This document shows positions 9,515 through 22,870 of a stretch of 64,000 nt of DNA, piece by piece (the first letter of the stretch is position 1; every line of letters begins with the position of its first letter). The translations under genes and the position numbers were made by a program. The notes under the pieces were generated by a model. It saw only the letters and a program-made list of their open reading frames with translations. It did no database searches and was not told the origin of the DNA. This DNA comes from Escherichia coli (GTDB lineage: Bacteria; Pseudomonadota; Gammaproteobacteria; Enterobacterales; Enterobacteriaceae), in the NCBI RefSeq assembly GCF_003018255.1, contig NZ_CP027440.1. One strand, given 5' to 3'.

Positions 9515-10762
9515 ATGAAAAGCAGTTATAAATCCCGTTGGGTAATGGTAATCGTGGTGGTTATCGCCGCCATCGCCGCATTCTGGTTCTGGCAAGGCCG
9601 CAATGACTCCCGGAGTGCAGCGCCAGGGGCGACGAAACAAGCGCAGCAATCGCCAGCGGGTGGTCGCCGTGGTATGCGTTCCGGCCCATTAGCCCCGGTT
9701 CAGGCGGCGACCGCCGTAGAACAGGCAGTTCCGCGTTACCTCACCGGGCTTGGCACCATTACCGCCGCTAATACTGTTACGGTGCGCAGCCGCGTGGACG
9801 GTCAACTGATGGCGTTGCATTTCCAGGAAGGCCAGCAGGTCAAAGCAGGCGATTTACTGGCAGAAATTGACCCCAGCCAGTTCAAAGTTGCATTAGCACA
9901 AGCCCAGGGCCAACTGGCAAAAGATAAAGCCACGCTTGCCAACGCCCGCCGTGACCTGGCGCGTTATCAACAACTGGTAAAAACCAATCTCGTATCTCGT
10001 CAGGAGCTGGATGCCCAACAGGCGCTGGTCAGTGAAACCGAAGGCACCATTAAGGCTGATGAAGCAAGCGTCGCCAGCGCGCAGCTGCAACTCGACTGGA
10101 GCCGCATCACCGCACCAGTCGATGGTCGCGTTGGTCTCAAGCAGGTTGATGTTGGTAACCAAATCTCCAGTGGTGATACCACCGGGATTGTGGTGATCAC
10201 CCAGACGCATCCTATCGATTTGCTCTTTACCCTGCCGGAAAGCGATATCGCTACCGTAGTGCAGGCGCAAAAAGCCGGAAAACCGCTGGTTGTTGAAGCC
10301 TGGGATCGCACCAATTCAAAGAAATTAAGTGAAGGCACGCTGTTAAGTCTCGATAACCAAATCGATGCCACTACCGGTACGATTAAAGTGAAAGCACGCT
10401 TCAATAATCAGGATGATGCGCTGTTTCCCAATCAGTTTGTTAACGCGCGCATGTTAGTCGACACAGAGCAAAACGCTGTGGTGATCCCAACAGCCGCCCT
10501 GCAAATGGGCAATGAAGGCCATTTTGTCTGGGTGCTGAATAGCGAAAACAAGGTCAGCAAACATCTGGTGACGCCGGGCATTCAGGACAGTCAGAAAGTG
10601 GTGATCCGCGCAGGTATTTCTGCGGGCGACCGCGTAGTGACAGACGGCATTGATCGCCTGACCGAAGGGGCGAAAGTGGAAGTAGTGGAAGCCCAGAGCG
10701 CCACCACTCCGGAAGAGAAAGCCACCAGCCGCGAATACGCGAAAAAAGGAGCACGCTCCTGA
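9515..10762 (+). CDS. mdtA: Multidrug efflux RND membrane fusion protein MdtA
   Basis: ORF 9368..10762; start placed at ATG 9515 ([16 protein letters not shown]..., 415 aa) rather than the longest ORF; periplasmic adaptor coiled-coil/lipoyl features. Confidence 0.9.
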   Translation: MKSSYKSRWVMVIVVVIAAIAAFWFWQGRNDSRSAAPGATKQAQQSPAGGRRGMRSGPLAPVQAATAVEQAVPRYLTGLGTITAANTVTVRSRVDGQLMALHFQEGQQVKAGDLLAEIDPSQFKVALAQAQGQLAKDKATLANARRDLARYQQLVKTNLVSRQELDAQQALVSETEGTIKADEASVASAQLQLDWSRITAPVDGRVGLKQVDVGNQISSGDTTGIVVITQTHPIDLLFTLPESDIATVVQAQKAGKPLVVEAWDRTNSKKLSEGTLLSLDNQIDATTGTIKVKARFNNQDDALFPNQFVNARMLVDTEQNAVVIPTAALQMGNEGHFVWVLNSENKVSKHLVTPGIQDSQKVVIRAGISAGDRVVTDGIDRLTEGAKVEVVEAQSATTPEEKATSREYAKKGARS

Positions 10763-13700
10763 TGCAGGTGTTACCCCCGAGCAGCACAGGCGGCCCGTCG
10801 CGCCTGTTTATTATGCGTCCTGTCGCCACCACGCTGCTGATGGTGGCGATCTTACTCGCCGGGATTATCGGTTATCGAGCCCTGCCCGTTTCGGCGCTGC
10901 CGGAAGTGGACTATCCGACCATTCAGGTAGTCACGCTCTACCCAGGTGCGAGCCCGGATGTCATGACCTCTGCCGTTACCGCGCCGCTTGAACGCCAGTT
11001 TGGGCAGATGTCTGGCCTGAAACAGATGTCGTCGCAAAGTTCCGGCGGTGCGTCAGTTATCACTTTGCAGTTCCAGCTAACATTACCGCTCGATGTCGCC
11101 GAGCAGGAAGTGCAGGCCGCGATTAACGCTGCGACCAACTTGTTGCCGAGCGATCTGCCTAACCCGCCGGTTTACAGCAAAGTGAACCCGGCAGATCCGC
11201 CGATCATGACGCTCGCTGTCACCTCAACCGCCATGCCGATGACGCAAGTGGAAGATATGGTGGAAACCCGCGTCGCGCAGAAAATCTCGCAGATTTCCGG
11301 CGTCGGCCTGGTGACACTTTCCGGCGGTCAGCGTCCGGCTGTTCGCGTCAAACTTAACGCTCAGGCGATTGCCGCCCTCGGCCTGACCAGCGAAACCGTG
11401 CGCACCGCCATTACCGGCGCTAACGTCAACTCGGCAAAAGGTAGCCTCGACGGCCCTTCTCGTGCGGTTACGCTTTCCGCTAACGACCAGATGCAATCCG
11501 CCGAAGAGTATCGCCAGCTAATCATCGCCTACCAGAACGGCGCGCCGATTCGTCTGGGCGATGTCGCAACCGTAGAGCAAGGTGCAGAAAACAGCTGGCT
11601 TGGCGCATGGGCTAACAAAGAACAGGCCATTGTGATGAATGTTCAGCGCCAGCCCGGTGCTAACATTATCTCCACCGCCGACAGCATTCGGCAGATGCTG
11701 CCACAGCTCACCGAGAGTCTGCCGAAATCGGTGAAGGTGACGGTACTTTCTGACCGTACCACCAATATTCGCGCATCCGTGGATGATACTCAGTTTGAAT
11801 TGATGATGGCTATCGCGCTGGTAGTCATGATTATCTACCTGTTTTTGCGTAATATTCCGGCGACCATCATTCCCGGCGTCGCAGTGCCGCTGTCGTTAAT
11901 CGGCACCTTCGCGGTCATGGTGTTTCTCGATTTTTCAATCAATAACCTGACGCTGATGGCGTTAACTATCGCCACCGGATTTGTGGTCGATGACGCCATC
12001 GTGGTGATCGAAAACATTTCCCGCTATATCGAAAAAGGCGAAAAACCGCTGGCGGCGGCGCTCAAAGGCGCAGGTGAAATCGGTTTTACCATTATCTCGC
12101 TGACCTTCTCGCTGATTGCAGTGCTGATCCCGCTACTGTTTATGGGCGATATCGTCGGGCGACTGTTCCGCGAATTTGCTATTACTCTGGCAGTCGCGAT
12201 TTTGATCTCAGCCGTGGTGTCGCTGACCCTGACACCGATGATGTGTGCGCGGATGCTCAGCCAGGAGTCGCTGCGTAAACAGAACCGCTTCTCCCGTGCC
12301 TCGGAAAAAATGTTCGACAGGATAATCGCCGCCTATGGTCAGGGACTTGCGAAAGTGCTGAATCATCCGTGGCTGACCTTAAGCGTGGCGCTCAGCACGC
12401 TGCTGCTTAGCGTGCTGTTGTGGGTGTTCATTCCGAAAGGTTTCTTCCCGGTACAGGACAACGGCATTATTCAGGGCACTTTGCAGGCACCGCAATCCAG
12501 CTCCTTTACCAATATGGCCCAGCGGCAACGCCAGGTCGCGGATGTGATTTTGCAAGATCCGGCGGTGCAAAGTCTGACCTCATTTGTTGGCGTTGATGGC
12601 ACTAACCCGTCGCTGAACAGTGCGCGTTTGCAGATCAACCTCAAACCGTTGGATGAACGTGATGATCGGGTGCAAAAAGTCATCGCCCGCCTGCAAACGG
12701 CGGTGGATAAAGTGCCGGGCGTCGATCTCTTCCTGCAACCAACGCAGGACCTGACCATCGATACTCAGGTCAGCCGCACCCAGTACCAGTTTACCTTGCA
12801 GGCCACGTCACTGGATGCGCTCAGTACCTGGGTGCCACAGTTGATGGAAAAACTCCAGCAACTGCCACAGCTTTCTGATGTCTCCAGCGACTGGCAGGAC
12901 AAAGGGCTGGTGGCGTATGTCAATGTTGATCGCGACAGCGCCAGCCGTCTGGGGATCAGCATGGCGGACGTCGATAACGCCCTTTACAACGCGTTTGGTC
13001 AGCGACTGATTTCCACTATTTATACTCAGGCCAACCAGTATCGCGTGGTGCTGGAGCACAACACCGAAAATACTCCTGGGCTTGCGGCGCTGGATACTAT
13101 TCGCCTGACCAGCAGCGACGGCGGCGTGGTACCGCTAAGCTCAATTGCCAAAATTGAGCAGCGTTTTGCGCCGCTTTCCATCAACCATCTGGATCAGTTC
13201 CCGGTAACGACCATCTCCTTTAACGTGCCGGATAACTATTCGCTGGGCGATGCGGTGCAGGCGATTATGGACACCGAAAAGACGCTGAATCTGCCGGTGG
13301 ATATCACCACGCAGTTCCAGGGCAGCACCCTCGCCTTCCAGTCGGCGTTGGGCAGCACTGTCTGGCTGATTGTCGCGGCGGTGGTGGCGATGTATATCGT
13401 GCTCGGCATTCTGTACGAGAGCTTTATTCACCCGATCACCATTCTCTCGACGCTACCCACCGCAGGGGTCGGCGCACTGCTGGCGTTACTGATTGCCGGT
13501 AGCGAGCTGGATGTGATTGCGATTATCGGCATTATTTTGCTGATCGGTATCGTGAAGAAGAACGCCATCATGATGATCGACTTCGCGCTGGCTGCTGAGC
13601 GCGAGCAAGGCATGTCGCCGCGCGATGCAATCTACCAGGCTTGTCTGTTGCGTTTTCGTCCGATCCTGATGACCACCCTGGCGGCTCTGCTTGGCGCGCT

Positions 13701-13884
13701 GCCGCTGATGTTGAGTACCGGGGTCGGCGCGGAACTGCGTCGTCCGTTAGGTATCGGCATGGTCGGCGGTCTGATTGTCAGCCAGGTGCTGACGCTGTTC
13801 ACCACGCCGGTGATTTATCTGCTATTCGACCGCCTGGCATTGTGGACCAAAAGCCGCTTTGCTCGTCATGAAGAGGAGGCGTAA
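10762..13884 (+). CDS. mdtB: RND multidrug efflux transporter MdtB
   Basis: 1040 aa ORF, 12-TM RND permease architecture; ATG overlaps mdtA stop (tgATGcag). Confidence 0.9.
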   Translation: MQVLPPSSTGGPSRLFIMRPVATTLLMVAILLAGIIGYRALPVSALPEVDYPTIQVVTLYPGASPDVMTSAVTAPLERQFGQMSGLKQMSSQSSGGASVITLQFQLTLPLDVAEQEVQAAINAATNLLPSDLPNPPVYSKVNPADPPIMTLAVTSTAMPMTQVEDMVETRVAQKISQISGVGLVTLSGGQRPAVRVKLNAQAIAALGLTSETVRTAITGANVNSAKGSLDGPSRAVTLSANDQMQSAEEYRQLIIAYQNGAPIRLGDVATVEQGAENSWLGAWANKEQAIVMNVQRQPGANIISTADSIRQMLPQLTESLPKSVKVTVLSDRTTNIRASVDDTQFELMMAIALVVMIIYLFLRNIPATIIPGVAVPLSLIGTFAVMVFLDFSINNLTLMALTIATGFVVDDAIVVIENISRYIEKGEKPLAAALKGAGEIGFTIISLTFSLIAVLIPLLFMGDIVGRLFREFAITLAVAILISAVVSLTLTPMMCARMLSQESLRKQNRFSRASEKMFDRIIAAYGQGLAKVLNHPWLTLSVALSTLLLSVLLWVFIPKGFFPVQDNGIIQGTLQAPQSSSFTNMAQRQRQVADVILQDPAVQSLTSFVGVDGTNPSLNSARLQINLKPLDERDDRVQKVIARLQTAVDKVPGVDLFLQPTQDLTIDTQVSRTQYQFTLQATSLDALSTWVPQLMEKLQQLPQLSDVSSDWQDKGLVAYVNVDRDSASRLGISMADVDNALYNAFGQRLISTIYTQANQYRVVLEHNTENTPGLAALDTIRLTSSDGGVVPLSSIAKIEQRFAPLSINHLDQFPVTTISFNVPDNYSLGDAVQAIMDTEKTLNLPVDITTQFQGSTLAFQSALGSTVWLIVAAVVAMYIVLGILYESFIHPITILSTLPTAGVGALLALLIAGSELDVIAIIGIILLIGIVKKNAIMMIDFALAAEREQGMSPRDAIYQACLLRFRPILMTTLAALLGALPLMLSTGVGAELRRPLGIGMVGGLIVSQVLTLFTTPVIYLLFDRLALWTKSRFARHEEEA

Positions 13885-16800
13885 GTGAAGTTTTTTGCCC
13901 TCTTCATTTACCGCCCGGTGGCGACGATTTTACTGTCGGTCGCCATTACCCTGTGCGGCATACTGGGTTTCCGTATGCTGCCAGTCGCCCCGCTGCCGCA
14001 GGTCGATTTTCCGGTGATTATGGTCAGCGCCTCGCTGCCCGGTGCGTCACCAGAAACAATGGCGTCTTCCGTTGCCACGCCGCTGGAACGTTCGCTTGGA
14101 CGCATTGCCGGGGTCAGTGAAATGACCTCCAGCAGTTCGCTCGGCAGCACGCGCATTATTTTGCAGTTTGATTTTGACCGCGATATCAACGGCGCAGCGC
14201 GCGATGTGCAAGCGGCGATCAACGCCGCGCAAAGTTTGCTGCCCAGCGGGATGCCAAGCCGTCCGACCTATCGCAAAGCGAACCCGTCGGATGCGCCAAT
14301 TATGATCCTCACGCTGACATCCGATACTTATTCGCAGGGTGAACTGTACGATTTCGCCTCGACGCAGCTGGCTCCGACGATTTCGCAAATCGACGGTGTC
14401 GGTGATGTCGATGTTGGCGGCAGCTCACTGCCCGCCGTACGCATCGGGCTGAATCCGCAGGCGCTGTTTAATCAGGGCGTGTCGCTGGACGATGTGCGCA
14501 GCGCCATCAGCAATGCCAACGTGCGTAAGCCGCAGGGGGCGCTGGAAGATGATACCCATCGCTGGCAGATCCAGACTAACGATGAACTGAAAACCGCCGC
14601 CGAATATCAGCCGTTGATTATTCATTACAACAACGGCGGCGCGCTTCGTCTGGGCGATGTGGCGACGGTGACCGACTCGGTGCAGGATGTGCGCAACGCC
14701 GGGATGACCAACGCCAAACCGGCTATTTTGCTGATGATCCGCAAGCTGCCGGAAGCCAATATTATCCAGACGGTTGACAGCATCCGGGCAAAATTACCGG
14801 AGTTGCAGGAGACCATTCCGGCGGCGATTGATCTGCAAATTGCCCAGGATCGCTCCCCCACCATTCGCGCCTCGCTGGAGGAAGTCGAGCAAACGCTGAT
14901 TATCTCGGTGGCGCTGGTGATTCTGGTGGTCTTTTTATTCCTGCGCTCGGGTCGCGCCACTATTATTCCCGCCGTTGCGGTGCCGGTTTCGCTGATTGGT
15001 ACGTTTGCGGCGATGTACCTGTGCGGATTCAGTCTCAATAACCTTTCGTTAATGGCGCTCACCATCGCTACTGGTTTCGTGGTGGATGACGCCATCGTGG
15101 TGCTGGAAAACATTGCCCGTCACCTGGAAGCGGGGATGAAACCGCTACAGGCCGCGCTGCAAGGCACTCGCGAAGTCGGTTTTACGGTGCTGTCGATGAG
15201 TCTGTCACTGGTGGCGGTGTTTCTGCCGCTGCTGTTGATGGGCGGATTGCCGGGTCGCCTGTTACGCGAGTTTGCCGTGACGCTTTCTGTCGCCATTGGT
15301 ATTTCGCTGCTGGTTTCTCTGACGCTAACGCCAATGATGTGCGGCTGGATGCTAAAAGCCAGTAAGCCGCGCGAGCAAAAGCGACTACGTGGTTTTGGTC
15401 GCATGTTGGTAGCCCTGCAACAAGGCTATGGTAAGTCGCTGAAATGGGTGCTTAATCATACCCGTCTGGTGGGCGTGGTGCTGCTTGGCACCATTGCTTT
15501 GAATATCTGGCTGTATATCTCGATCCCGAAAACCTTCTTCCCGGAGCAGGACACCGGCGTGTTGATGGGCGGGATACAGGCGGATCAGAGTATTTCGTTT
15601 CAGGCGATGCGCGGTAAGTTGCAGGATTTTATGAAAATTATCCGTGACGATCCGGCAGTGGATAATGTCACCGGATTTACCGGCGGTTCGCGGGTGAACA
15701 GCGGGATGATGTTTATCACGCTGAAGCCACGCGGCGAACGCAGCGAAACGGCGCAGCAAATTATCGACCGTCTGCGCGTGAAGCTGGCGAAAGAACCGGG
15801 GGCGAATCTGTTCCTGATGGCGGTACAGGATATTCGCGTTGGCGGACGTCAGTCGAACGCCAGCTATCAGTACACGTTGCTGTCCGACGACCTGGCGGCA
15901 CTGCGCGAATGGGAGCCGAAAATTCGCAAAAAACTGGCGACATTGCCGGAACTGGCGGACGTGAACTCCGACCAGCAGGATAACGGCGCGGAGATGAATC
16001 TGGTTTACGACCGCGACACCATGGCACGGCTGGGAATCGACGTGCAGGCCGCCAACAGCCTGTTAAATAACGCCTTCGGTCAGCGACAAATCTCGACCAT
16101 TTACCAGCCGATGAACCAGTATAAAGTGGTGATGGAAGTGGATCCGCGCTATACCCAGGACATCAGTGCGCTGGAAAAAATGTTCGTTATCAATAACGAA
16201 GGAAAAGCGATCCCGCTGTCGTATTTCGCTAAATGGCAACCGGCGAATGCTCCGCTGTCGGTGAATCATCAGGGATTATCGGCAGCCTCGACCATCTCGT
16301 TCAACCTGCCGACCGGGAAATCGCTCTCGGACGCCAGTGCGGCGATCGATCGCGCAATGACCCAGCTTGGTGTGCCTTCGACGGTGCGCGGTAGTTTTGC
16401 CGGCACGGCGCAGGTGTTCCAGGAGACGATGAACTCGCAGGTGATCCTGATTATCGCCGCCATCGCCACGGTGTATATCGTGCTGGGTATCCTTTACGAG
16501 AGTTACGTACATCCGCTGACGATTCTCTCCACCCTGCCCTCGGCGGGCGTTGGAGCGCTGCTGGCGCTGGAGCTGTTCAATGCCCCGTTCAGCCTAATCG
16601 CCCTGATAGGGATCATGCTATTAATCGGCATCGTGAAGAAAAACGCCATTATGATGGTCGATTTTGCGCTTGAAGCCCAACGGCACGGTAACCTCACGCC
16701 GCAGGAAGCTATTTTCCAGGCCTGTCTGCTGCGTTTTCGCCCGATTATGATGACTACCCTGGCGGCGCTGTTTGGCGCGCTGCCGCTGGTATTGTCGGGC

Positions 16801-16962
16801 GGTGACGGTTCGGAGCTGCGGCAACCCCTGGGGATCACCATTGTCGGCGGTCTGGTCATGAGCCAGCTTCTGACGCTGTATACCACGCCGGTGGTGTATC
16901 TCTTTTTCGACCGTCTGCGACTGCGTTTTTCGCGTAAACCTAAACAAGCGGTAACCGAGTAA
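13885..16962 (+). CDS. mdtC: RND multidrug efflux transporter MdtC
   Basis: 1025 aa ORF, paralogous to MdtB; GTG start immediately after mdtB stop. Confidence 0.9.
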   Translation: MKFFALFIYRPVATILLSVAITLCGILGFRMLPVAPLPQVDFPVIMVSASLPGASPETMASSVATPLERSLGRIAGVSEMTSSSSLGSTRIILQFDFDRDINGAARDVQAAINAAQSLLPSGMPSRPTYRKANPSDAPIMILTLTSDTYSQGELYDFASTQLAPTISQIDGVGDVDVGGSSLPAVRIGLNPQALFNQGVSLDDVRSAISNANVRKPQGALEDDTHRWQIQTNDELKTAAEYQPLIIHYNNGGALRLGDVATVTDSVQDVRNAGMTNAKPAILLMIRKLPEANIIQTVDSIRAKLPELQETIPAAIDLQIAQDRSPTIRASLEEVEQTLIISVALVILVVFLFLRSGRATIIPAVAVPVSLIGTFAAMYLCGFSLNNLSLMALTIATGFVVDDAIVVLENIARHLEAGMKPLQAALQGTREVGFTVLSMSLSLVAVFLPLLLMGGLPGRLLREFAVTLSVAIGISLLVSLTLTPMMCGWMLKASKPREQKRLRGFGRMLVALQQGYGKSLKWVLNHTRLVGVVLLGTIALNIWLYISIPKTFFPEQDTGVLMGGIQADQSISFQAMRGKLQDFMKIIRDDPAVDNVTGFTGGSRVNSGMMFITLKPRGERSETAQQIIDRLRVKLAKEPGANLFLMAVQDIRVGGRQSNASYQYTLLSDDLAALREWEPKIRKKLATLPELADVNSDQQDNGAEMNLVYDRDTMARLGIDVQAANSLLNNAFGQRQISTIYQPMNQYKVVMEVDPRYTQDISALEKMFVINNEGKAIPLSYFAKWQPANAPLSVNHQGLSAASTISFNLPTGKSLSDASAAIDRAMTQLGVPSTVRGSFAGTAQVFQETMNSQVILIIAAIATVYIVLGILYESYVHPLTILSTLPSAGVGALLALELFNAPFSLIALIGIMLLIGIVKKNAIMMVDFALEAQRHGNLTPQEAIFQACLLRFRPIMMTTLAALFGALPLVLSGGDGSELRQPLGITIVGGLVMSQLLTLYTTPVVYLFFDRLRLRFSRKPKQAVTE

Positions 16963-18378
16963 ATGACAGATCTTCCCGACAGCACCCGCTGGCAATTGTG
17001 GATTGTGGCTTTCGGCTTCTTTATGCAGTCGCTGGACACCACCATCGTTAACACCGCGCTTCCCTCAATGGCGCAAAGCCTCGGGGAAAGTCCGTTGCAT
17101 ATGCACATGGTCATTGTCTCTTATGTACTGACCGTGGCGGTGATGCTGCCCGCCAGCGGCTGGCTGGCGGACAAAGTCGGCGTGCGCAATATTTTCTTTA
17201 CCGCCATCGTGCTGTTTACTCTCGGTTCACTGTTTTGCGCGCTTTCCGGCACGCTGAACGAACTGTTGCTGGCACGCGCGTTACAGGGCGTTGGCGGCGC
17301 GATGATGGTGCCGGTCGGCAGGTTGACGGTGATGAAAATCGTACCGCGCGAGCAATATATGGCGGCGATGACCTTTGTCACGCTGCCCGGTCAGATCGGG
17401 CCGCTGCTTGGCCCGGCGCTCGGCGGTCTGCTGGTGGAGTACGCATCGTGGCACTGGATCTTTTTGATCAACATTCCGGTGGGGATTATTGGCGCGATCA
17501 CCACACTGATGTTAATGCCGAACTACACCATGCAGACGCGGCGCTTTGATCTCTCCGGCTTTTTATTGCTGGCGGTTGGCATGGCGGTATTAACCCTGGC
17601 GCTGGACGGCAGTAAAGGTACAGGTTTATCGCCGCTGGCGATTGCTGGCCTGGTCGCAGTTGGCGTGGTGGCACTGGTGCTTTATCTGCTGCACGCCAGA
17701 AATAACAACTGCGCCCTGTTCAGTCTGAAACTGTTCCGTACTCGTACCTTTTCGCTGGGTCTGGCGGGGAGTTTTGCCGGACGTATCGGTAGCGGCATGT
17801 TGCCCTTTATGACGCCGGTTTTCCTACAAATTGGCCTTGGCTTCTCACCGTTTCATGCCGGACTGATGATGATCCCGATGGTGCTCGGCAGCATGGGGAT
17901 GAAGCGAATTGTGGTACAGGTAGTGAATCGCTTTGGTTATCGTCGGGTACTGGTGGCGACCACGCTGGGTCTGTCGCTGGTCACCCTGTTGTTTATGACT
18001 ACTGCTCTGCTGGGCTGGTACTACGTTTTGCCGTTCGTCCTGTTTTTACAAGGGATGGTCAACTCGACCCGTTTCTCCTCCATGAACACCCTGACGCTGA
18101 AAGATCTCCCGGACAATCTGGCGAGCAGCGGCAACAGTCTGCTGTCGATGATTATGCAATTGTCGATGAGTATCGGCGTCACTATCGCCGGGCTGTTGCT
18201 GGGACTTTTTGGTTCACAGCATGTCAGCATCGACAGCGGCACCACACAAACCGTCTTTATGTACACCTGGCTTAGCATGGCGTTGATCATCGCCCTTCCG
18301 GTGTTTGTCTTTGCCAGAGTGCCGAGCGATACGCATCAAAATGTAGCTATTTCACGGCGAAAAAGGAGCGCGCAATGA
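16963..18378 (+). CDS. mdtD: MFS transporter MdtD
   Basis: 471 aa ORF with about 14 hydrophobic segments; starts immediately after mdtC stop. Confidence 0.85.
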   Translation: MTDLPDSTRWQLWIVAFGFFMQSLDTTIVNTALPSMAQSLGESPLHMHMVIVSYVLTVAVMLPASGWLADKVGVRNIFFTAIVLFTLGSLFCALSGTLNELLLARALQGVGGAMMVPVGRLTVMKIVPREQYMAAMTFVTLPGQIGPLLGPALGGLLVEYASWHWIFLINIPVGIIGAITTLMLMPNYTMQTRRFDLSGFLLLAVGMAVLTLALDGSKGTGLSPLAIAGLVAVGVVALVLYLLHARNNNCALFSLKLFRTRTFSLGLAGSFAGRIGSGMLPFMTPVFLQIGLGFSPFHAGLMMIPMVLGSMGMKRIVVQVVNRFGYRRVLVATTLGLSLVTLLFMTTALLGWYYVLPFVLFLQGMVNSTRFSSMNTLTLKDLPDNLASSGNSLLSMIMQLSMSIGVTIAGLLLGLFGSQHVSIDSGTTQTVFMYTWLSMALIIALPVFVFARVPSDTHQNVAISRRKRSAQ

Positions 18379-19778
18379 AGTTCTGGCGACCCGGTATTAC
18401 CGGCAAACTGTTTCTGGCGATTTTCGCCACCTGCATTGTCTTGCTGATCAGTATGCACTGGGCGGTGCGTATCAGTTTTGAGCGTGGCTTTATCGATTAC
18501 ATCAAGCATGGTAATGAACAACGGCTGCAAATGCTCGGCGATGCGCTTGGTGAGCAGTACGCCCAGCACGGGAACTGGCGCTTCCTGCGTAATAACGATC
18601 GCTTTGTATTTCAGATCCTACGTTCACTGGAGCATGATAACAACGAAGATAAGCCCGGCCCCGGTATGCCACCACACGGCTGGCGCACGCAATTTTGGGT
18701 GGTTGATCAAAATAATAAAGTGCTGGTTGGCCCGCGAGCACCGGTTCCACCCGACGGCACACGGCGGCCCATTATGGTCAATGGTGCGGAAGTTGGCGCG
18801 GTGATCGCCTCCCCTGTTGAACGACTGACCCGTAATACTGATATCAATTTTGACAGACAACAGCGGCAAACCAGTTGGCTGATTGTGGCTTTATCTACCT
18901 TATTAGCGGCGCTGGCGACATTCCCACTGGCGCGCGGTTTGCTGGCTCCGGTAAAACGACTGGTGGATGGCACGCACAAACTGGCAGCGGGTGATTTCAC
19001 TACTCGCGTAGCCCCCACCAGCGAAGATGAGTTGGGCAGACTGGCAGAGGATTTCAATCAACTCGCCAGCACACTGGAGAAAAACCAGCAGATGCGCCGC
19101 GATTTTATGGCCGATATTTCTCATGAACTGCGCACGCCTTTAGCAGTACTGCGCGGCGAACTGGAAGCCATTCAGGATGGTGTGCGTAAATTCACGCCGG
19201 AGACGCTGGCTTCTTTACAGGCGGAGGTCGGTACACTGACCAAACTGGTTGACGATCTTCATCAGTTGTCGATGTCTGATGAAGGCGCTCTCGCCTATCA
19301 AAAAGCACCGGTAGATTTGATCCCACTGCTGGAAGTGGCGGGCGGCGCATTTCGCGAACGATTTGCCAGCCGTGGCCTGAAACTGCAATTTTCCCTGCCA
19401 GACAGTATTACCGTATTTGGCGATCGCGATCGTTTAATGCAGTTGTTCAATAACTTACTGGAAAACAGCCTGCGCTACACTGACAGCGGCGGCAGCCTGA
19501 AAATCTCTGCCGAGCAGCACGACAAAACGGTGCGCCTGACCTTTGCCGACAGCGCGCCGGGCGTCAGTGACGATCAGCTACAAAAATTGTTTGAACGTTT
19601 TTATCGCACCGAAGGTTCCCGCAACCGTGCCAGCGGCGGTTCCGGGCTGGGACTCGCGATTTGCCTGAACATTGTTGAAGCACATAATGGCCGCATTATT
19701 GCTGCCCATTCGCCTTTTGGCGGGGTAAGCATTACAGTAGAGTTACCGCTGGAACGGGATTTACAGAGAGAAGTATGA
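18375..19778 (+). CDS. baeS: Envelope-stress sensor histidine kinase BaeS
   Basis: 467 aa; HAMP region, H-box ([17 protein letters not shown]), GxGLGL ATP lid; start overlaps mdtD stop. Confidence 0.9.
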   Translation: MKFWRPGITGKLFLAIFATCIVLLISMHWAVRISFERGFIDYIKHGNEQRLQMLGDALGEQYAQHGNWRFLRNNDRFVFQILRSLEHDNNEDKPGPGMPPHGWRTQFWVVDQNNKVLVGPRAPVPPDGTRRPIMVNGAEVGAVIASPVERLTRNTDINFDRQQRQTSWLIVALSTLLAALATFPLARGLLAPVKRLVDGTHKLAAGDFTTRVAPTSEDELGRLAEDFNQLASTLEKNQQMRRDFMADISHELRTPLAVLRGELEAIQDGVRKFTPETLASLQAEVGTLTKLVDDLHQLSMSDEGALAYQKAPVDLIPLLEVAGGAFRERFASRGLKLQFSLPDSITVFGDRDRLMQLFNNLLENSLRYTDSGGSLKISAEQHDKTVRLTFADSAPGVSDDQLQKLFERFYRTEGSRNRASGGSGLGLAICLNIVEAHNGRIIAAHSPFGGVSITVELPLERDLQREV

Positions 19779-20497
19779 CCGAGTTACCAATCGACGAAAA
19801 CACACCGCGTATTTTGATCGTGGAAGATGAACCGAAGCTGGGACAGTTGCTCATTGATTATCTGCGTGCCGCGAGCTATGCGCCGACGCTTATCAGCCAC
19901 GGCGATCAGGTACTGCCGTATGTGCGCCAGACACCACCGGATCTGATCCTGTTGGATCTGATGCTCCCTGGCACCGATGGCCTGACGCTGTGCCGGGAAA
20001 TTCGTCGTTTTTCTGACATTCCGATCGTGATGGTGACGGCAAAAATCGAAGAGATCGACCGCCTGCTGGGGCTGGAGATTGGCGCCGATGACTACATCTG
20101 CAAGCCGTACAGCCCACGGGAAGTGGTAGCGCGTGTCAAAACCATTTTGCGCCGTTGTAAACCGCAACGCGAACTTCAGCAACAGGATGCCGAAAGCCCG
20201 TTGATGATCGACGAAGGTCGTTTTCAGGCTTCATGGCGCGGTAAAATGCTTGACCTGACGCCTGCGGAATTTCGTCTGCTGAAAACGCTCTCTCATGAAC
20301 CAGGAAAAGTGTTCTCCCGCGAGCAATTGCTCAATCATCTTTATGACGACTACCGCGTAGTAACCGACCGCACCATCGATAGCCACATTAAAAACCTGCG
20401 CCGCAAGCTGGAATCTCTCGACGCCGAACAGTCATTTATCCGTGCCGTTTACGGTGTCGGTTACCGCTGGGAAGCCGACGCCTGCCGCATCGTTTAG
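19775..20497 (+). CDS. baeR: OmpR-family response regulator BaeR
   Basis: 240 aa; receiver domain (ILIVEDEP...[14 protein letters not shown]) plus winged-helix C-terminus; overlaps baeS stop. Confidence 0.9.
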   Translation: MTELPIDENTPRILIVEDEPKLGQLLIDYLRAASYAPTLISHGDQVLPYVRQTPPDLILLDLMLPGTDGLTLCREIRRFSDIPIVMVTAKIEEIDRLLGLEIGADDYICKPYSPREVVARVKTILRRCKPQRELQQQDAESPLMIDEGRFQASWRGKMLDLTPAEFRLLKTLSHEPGKVFSREQLLNHLYDDYRVVTDRTIDSHIKNLRRKLESLDAEQSFIRAVYGVGYRWEADACRIV

Positions 20498-20687
20498 TTT
20501 TAGCGACATGACTTTGTTAGCCGGAGATGGCGTTCAGATCAGATCCGGCAACATTATCCCACGTATGGTCAGCAAACTGACATTATCTCTCCGCCCTGGC
20601 AGGCACCAGAAAATCGCTCATACTTTAATCGGTAAACAGCACCTTTAGATGCTGTTTTCGATACGCAATTTCAATCAAGGAGTCATT

Positions 20688-21020
20688 ATGGCTGGTTGGT
20701 TTGAACTCAGTAAGAGCAGTGATAATCAATTCCGGTTTGTGCTAAAAGCGGGCAATGGTGAGACTATCCTCACCAGCGAGCTGTATACCTCAAAAGCCTC
20801 TGCGGAAAAGGGCATCGCGTCGGTGCGTAGCAACAGCCCGCAAGAAGAACGCTATGAGAAAAAAACGGCAAGCAATGGCAAATTCTATTTCAATCTGAAA
20901 GCCGCCAATCATCAAATTATCGGCTCCAGCCAGATGTATGCCACCGCGCAATCTCGTGAAACCGGAATTGCCTCCGTTAAAGCAAATGGCACAAGCCAGA
21001 CGGTGAAAGACAATACGTAA
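20688..21020 (+). CDS. yegP: Small protein YegP (tandem DUF1508-like repeats)
   Basis: ORF 20649..21020; start placed at ATG 20688 after aaggag RBS (MAGWFELSKSSDNQFRFVLKAG..., 110 aa). Confidence 0.8.
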   Translation: MAGWFELSKSSDNQFRFVLKAGNGETILTSELYTSKASAEKGIASVRSNSPQEERYEKKTASNGKFYFNLKAANHQIIGSSQMYATAQSRETGIASVKANGTSQTVKDNT

Positions 21021-21167
21021 TTACGATGCCGGGCGCGTGTTGTTGGCGTCCGGCGCTTTACCAGCTCCCCCCTACAGCGCTACAATGCCCGCCCTTAAAG
21101 TGGGGGCACTCCCCTGGCCGCTTCATCAGGTGAAGCGGATCTGACCTGTCATCAGAACGAGAGAATT

Positions 21168-22529
21168 ATGTTTAAACCGGAACTCCTTTCCCCGGCGGGA
21201 ACGCTGAAAAATATGCGTTACGCTTTCGCTTATGGCGCAGATGCTGTTTATGCGGGCCAGCCGCGTTACTCCCTGCGTGTGCGCAACAACGAATTCAACC
21301 ACGAAAATCTTCAGCTCGGCATCAATGAAGCCCACGCGCTGGGGAAAAAGTTTTATGTCGTGGTCAACATTGCACCGCACAACGCCAAGCTGAAAACCTT
21401 TATCCGTGACCTGAAACCGGTGGTGGAAATGGGGCCGGATGCGCTAATAATGTCCGATCCAGGGCTGATTATGCTGGTGCGTGAGCACTTCCCTGAAATG
21501 CCGATCCATCTCTCGGTACAGGCTAACGCCGTGAACTGGGCGACGGTGAAATTCTGGCAGCAAATGGGACTGACCCGCGTGATCCTCTCTCGCGAGCTGT
21601 CGCTGGAAGAGATTGAAGAGATCCGCAATCAGGTGCCAGATATGGAGGTAGAGATCTTCGTTCACGGCGCGCTGTGCATGGCCTACTCTGGTCGCTGCCT
21701 GCTCTCTGGCTACATCAACAAGCGCGATCCGAATCAGGGCACCTGCACTAACGCCTGCCGCTGGGAGTACAACGTCCAGGAAGGCAAAGAAGATGACGTT
21801 GGCAACATCGTACACAAGTACGAGCCAATTCCGGTGCAAAATGTTGAGCCGACGCTGGGTATCGGCGCACCAACTGACAAAGTGTTTATGATCGAAGAAG
21901 CCCAGCGTCCGGGCGAGTATATGACCGCGTTTGAAGATGAGCACGGCACTTACATCATGAACTCGAAAGATCTGCGCGCCATCGCCCATGTAGAACGCCT
22001 GACCAAAATGGGCGTGCATTCGCTGAAAATCGAAGGTCGTACCAAATCTTTCTACTATTGCGCACGCACCGCGCAGGTTTACCGTAAAGCTATCGATGAC
22101 GCCGCTGCGGGAAAACCATTCGATACCAGCCTGCTGGAAACTCTGGAAGGTCTGGCGCATCGTGGCTATACCGAAGGTTTCCTGCGTCGTCATACTCACG
22201 ACGATTATCAGAACTACGAATACGGTTATTCAGTTTCTGACCGCCAGCAGTTTGTTGGTGAGTTTACCGGTGAGCGCAAGGGCGACCTCGCGGCGGTAGC
22301 GGTGAAAAATAAATTCTCCGTTGGCGACAGTCTTGAGCTGATGACGCCGCAAGGGAACATTAACTTTACCCTTGAGCATATGGAAAACGCCAAAGGTGAA
22401 GCTATGCCGGTCGCACCAGGCGATGGTTATACTGTGTGGATCCCGGTGCCGCAGGATCTTGAGCTAAATTACGCGCTGCTGATGCGTAATTTCTCCGGGG
22501 AAACCACGCGTAACCCCCACGGTAAGTGA
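21168..22529 (+). CDS. yegQ: U32-family peptidase-like protein YegQ
   Basis: 453 aa ORF recognised as YegQ. Confidence 0.8.
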   Translation: MFKPELLSPAGTLKNMRYAFAYGADAVYAGQPRYSLRVRNNEFNHENLQLGINEAHALGKKFYVVVNIAPHNAKLKTFIRDLKPVVEMGPDALIMSDPGLIMLVREHFPEMPIHLSVQANAVNWATVKFWQQMGLTRVILSRELSLEEIEEIRNQVPDMEVEIFVHGALCMAYSGRCLLSGYINKRDPNQGTCTNACRWEYNVQEGKEDDVGNIVHKYEPIPVQNVEPTLGIGAPTDKVFMIEEAQRPGEYMTAFEDEHGTYIMNSKDLRAIAHVERLTKMGVHSLKIEGRTKSFYYCARTAQVYRKAIDDAAAGKPFDTSLLETLEGLAHRGYTEGFLRRHTHDDYQNYEYGYSVSDRQQFVGEFTGERKGDLAAVAVKNKFSVGDSLELMTPQGNINFTLEHMENAKGEAMPVAPGDGYTVWIPVPQDLELNYALLMRNFSGETTRNPHGK

Positions 22530-22613
22530 TTAATTTCGATTATTTTTCCCGGATGGAAAATTCTTAGAAACCGATCACATACAGCTGCATTTATTAAGGT
22601 TATCATCCGTTTC

Positions 22614-22700
22614 GCTGAAAAACATAACCCATAAAATGCTAGCTGTACCAGGAACCACCTCCTTAGCCTGTGTAATCTCCCTTACACGGGCTTATTTTTT
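22614..22700 (+). ncRNA. cyaR: CyaR (RyeE) Hfq-dependent small RNA
   Basis: Sequence gctgaaaaacataacccataaaatgctagctgtaccaggaaccacctccttagcctgtgtaatctcccttacacgggcttatttttt matches CyaR as recalled, including terminator hairpin and U tract. Confidence 0.85.
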
Positions 22701-22870
22701 ATACATAAACCATAGAGACGGATTGATCCCAGGTCACCGTCTTCCATTGACCACATCGATAGAATCTCCCTTCATAGCACGATGCCTTTCACGTAACGGC
22801 ATCGTGCTCGCACAGGTTCCGGCTAAGCACAACCAGAACGCGGATGTTTGACGCTTACCAAAAAATATTC

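Noticed and set aside
10011-16512. Numerous 60-160 aa ORFs on both strands inside mdtA, mdtB and mdtC
   Set aside because: All are fully embedded in or antisense to long, well-supported efflux genes; no independent start signals seen. Treated as frame noise in GC-rich coding sequence.
22636-22851. 71 aa plus-strand ORF overlapping cyaR
   Set aside because: Overlaps a recognised sRNA and its terminator; no SD.
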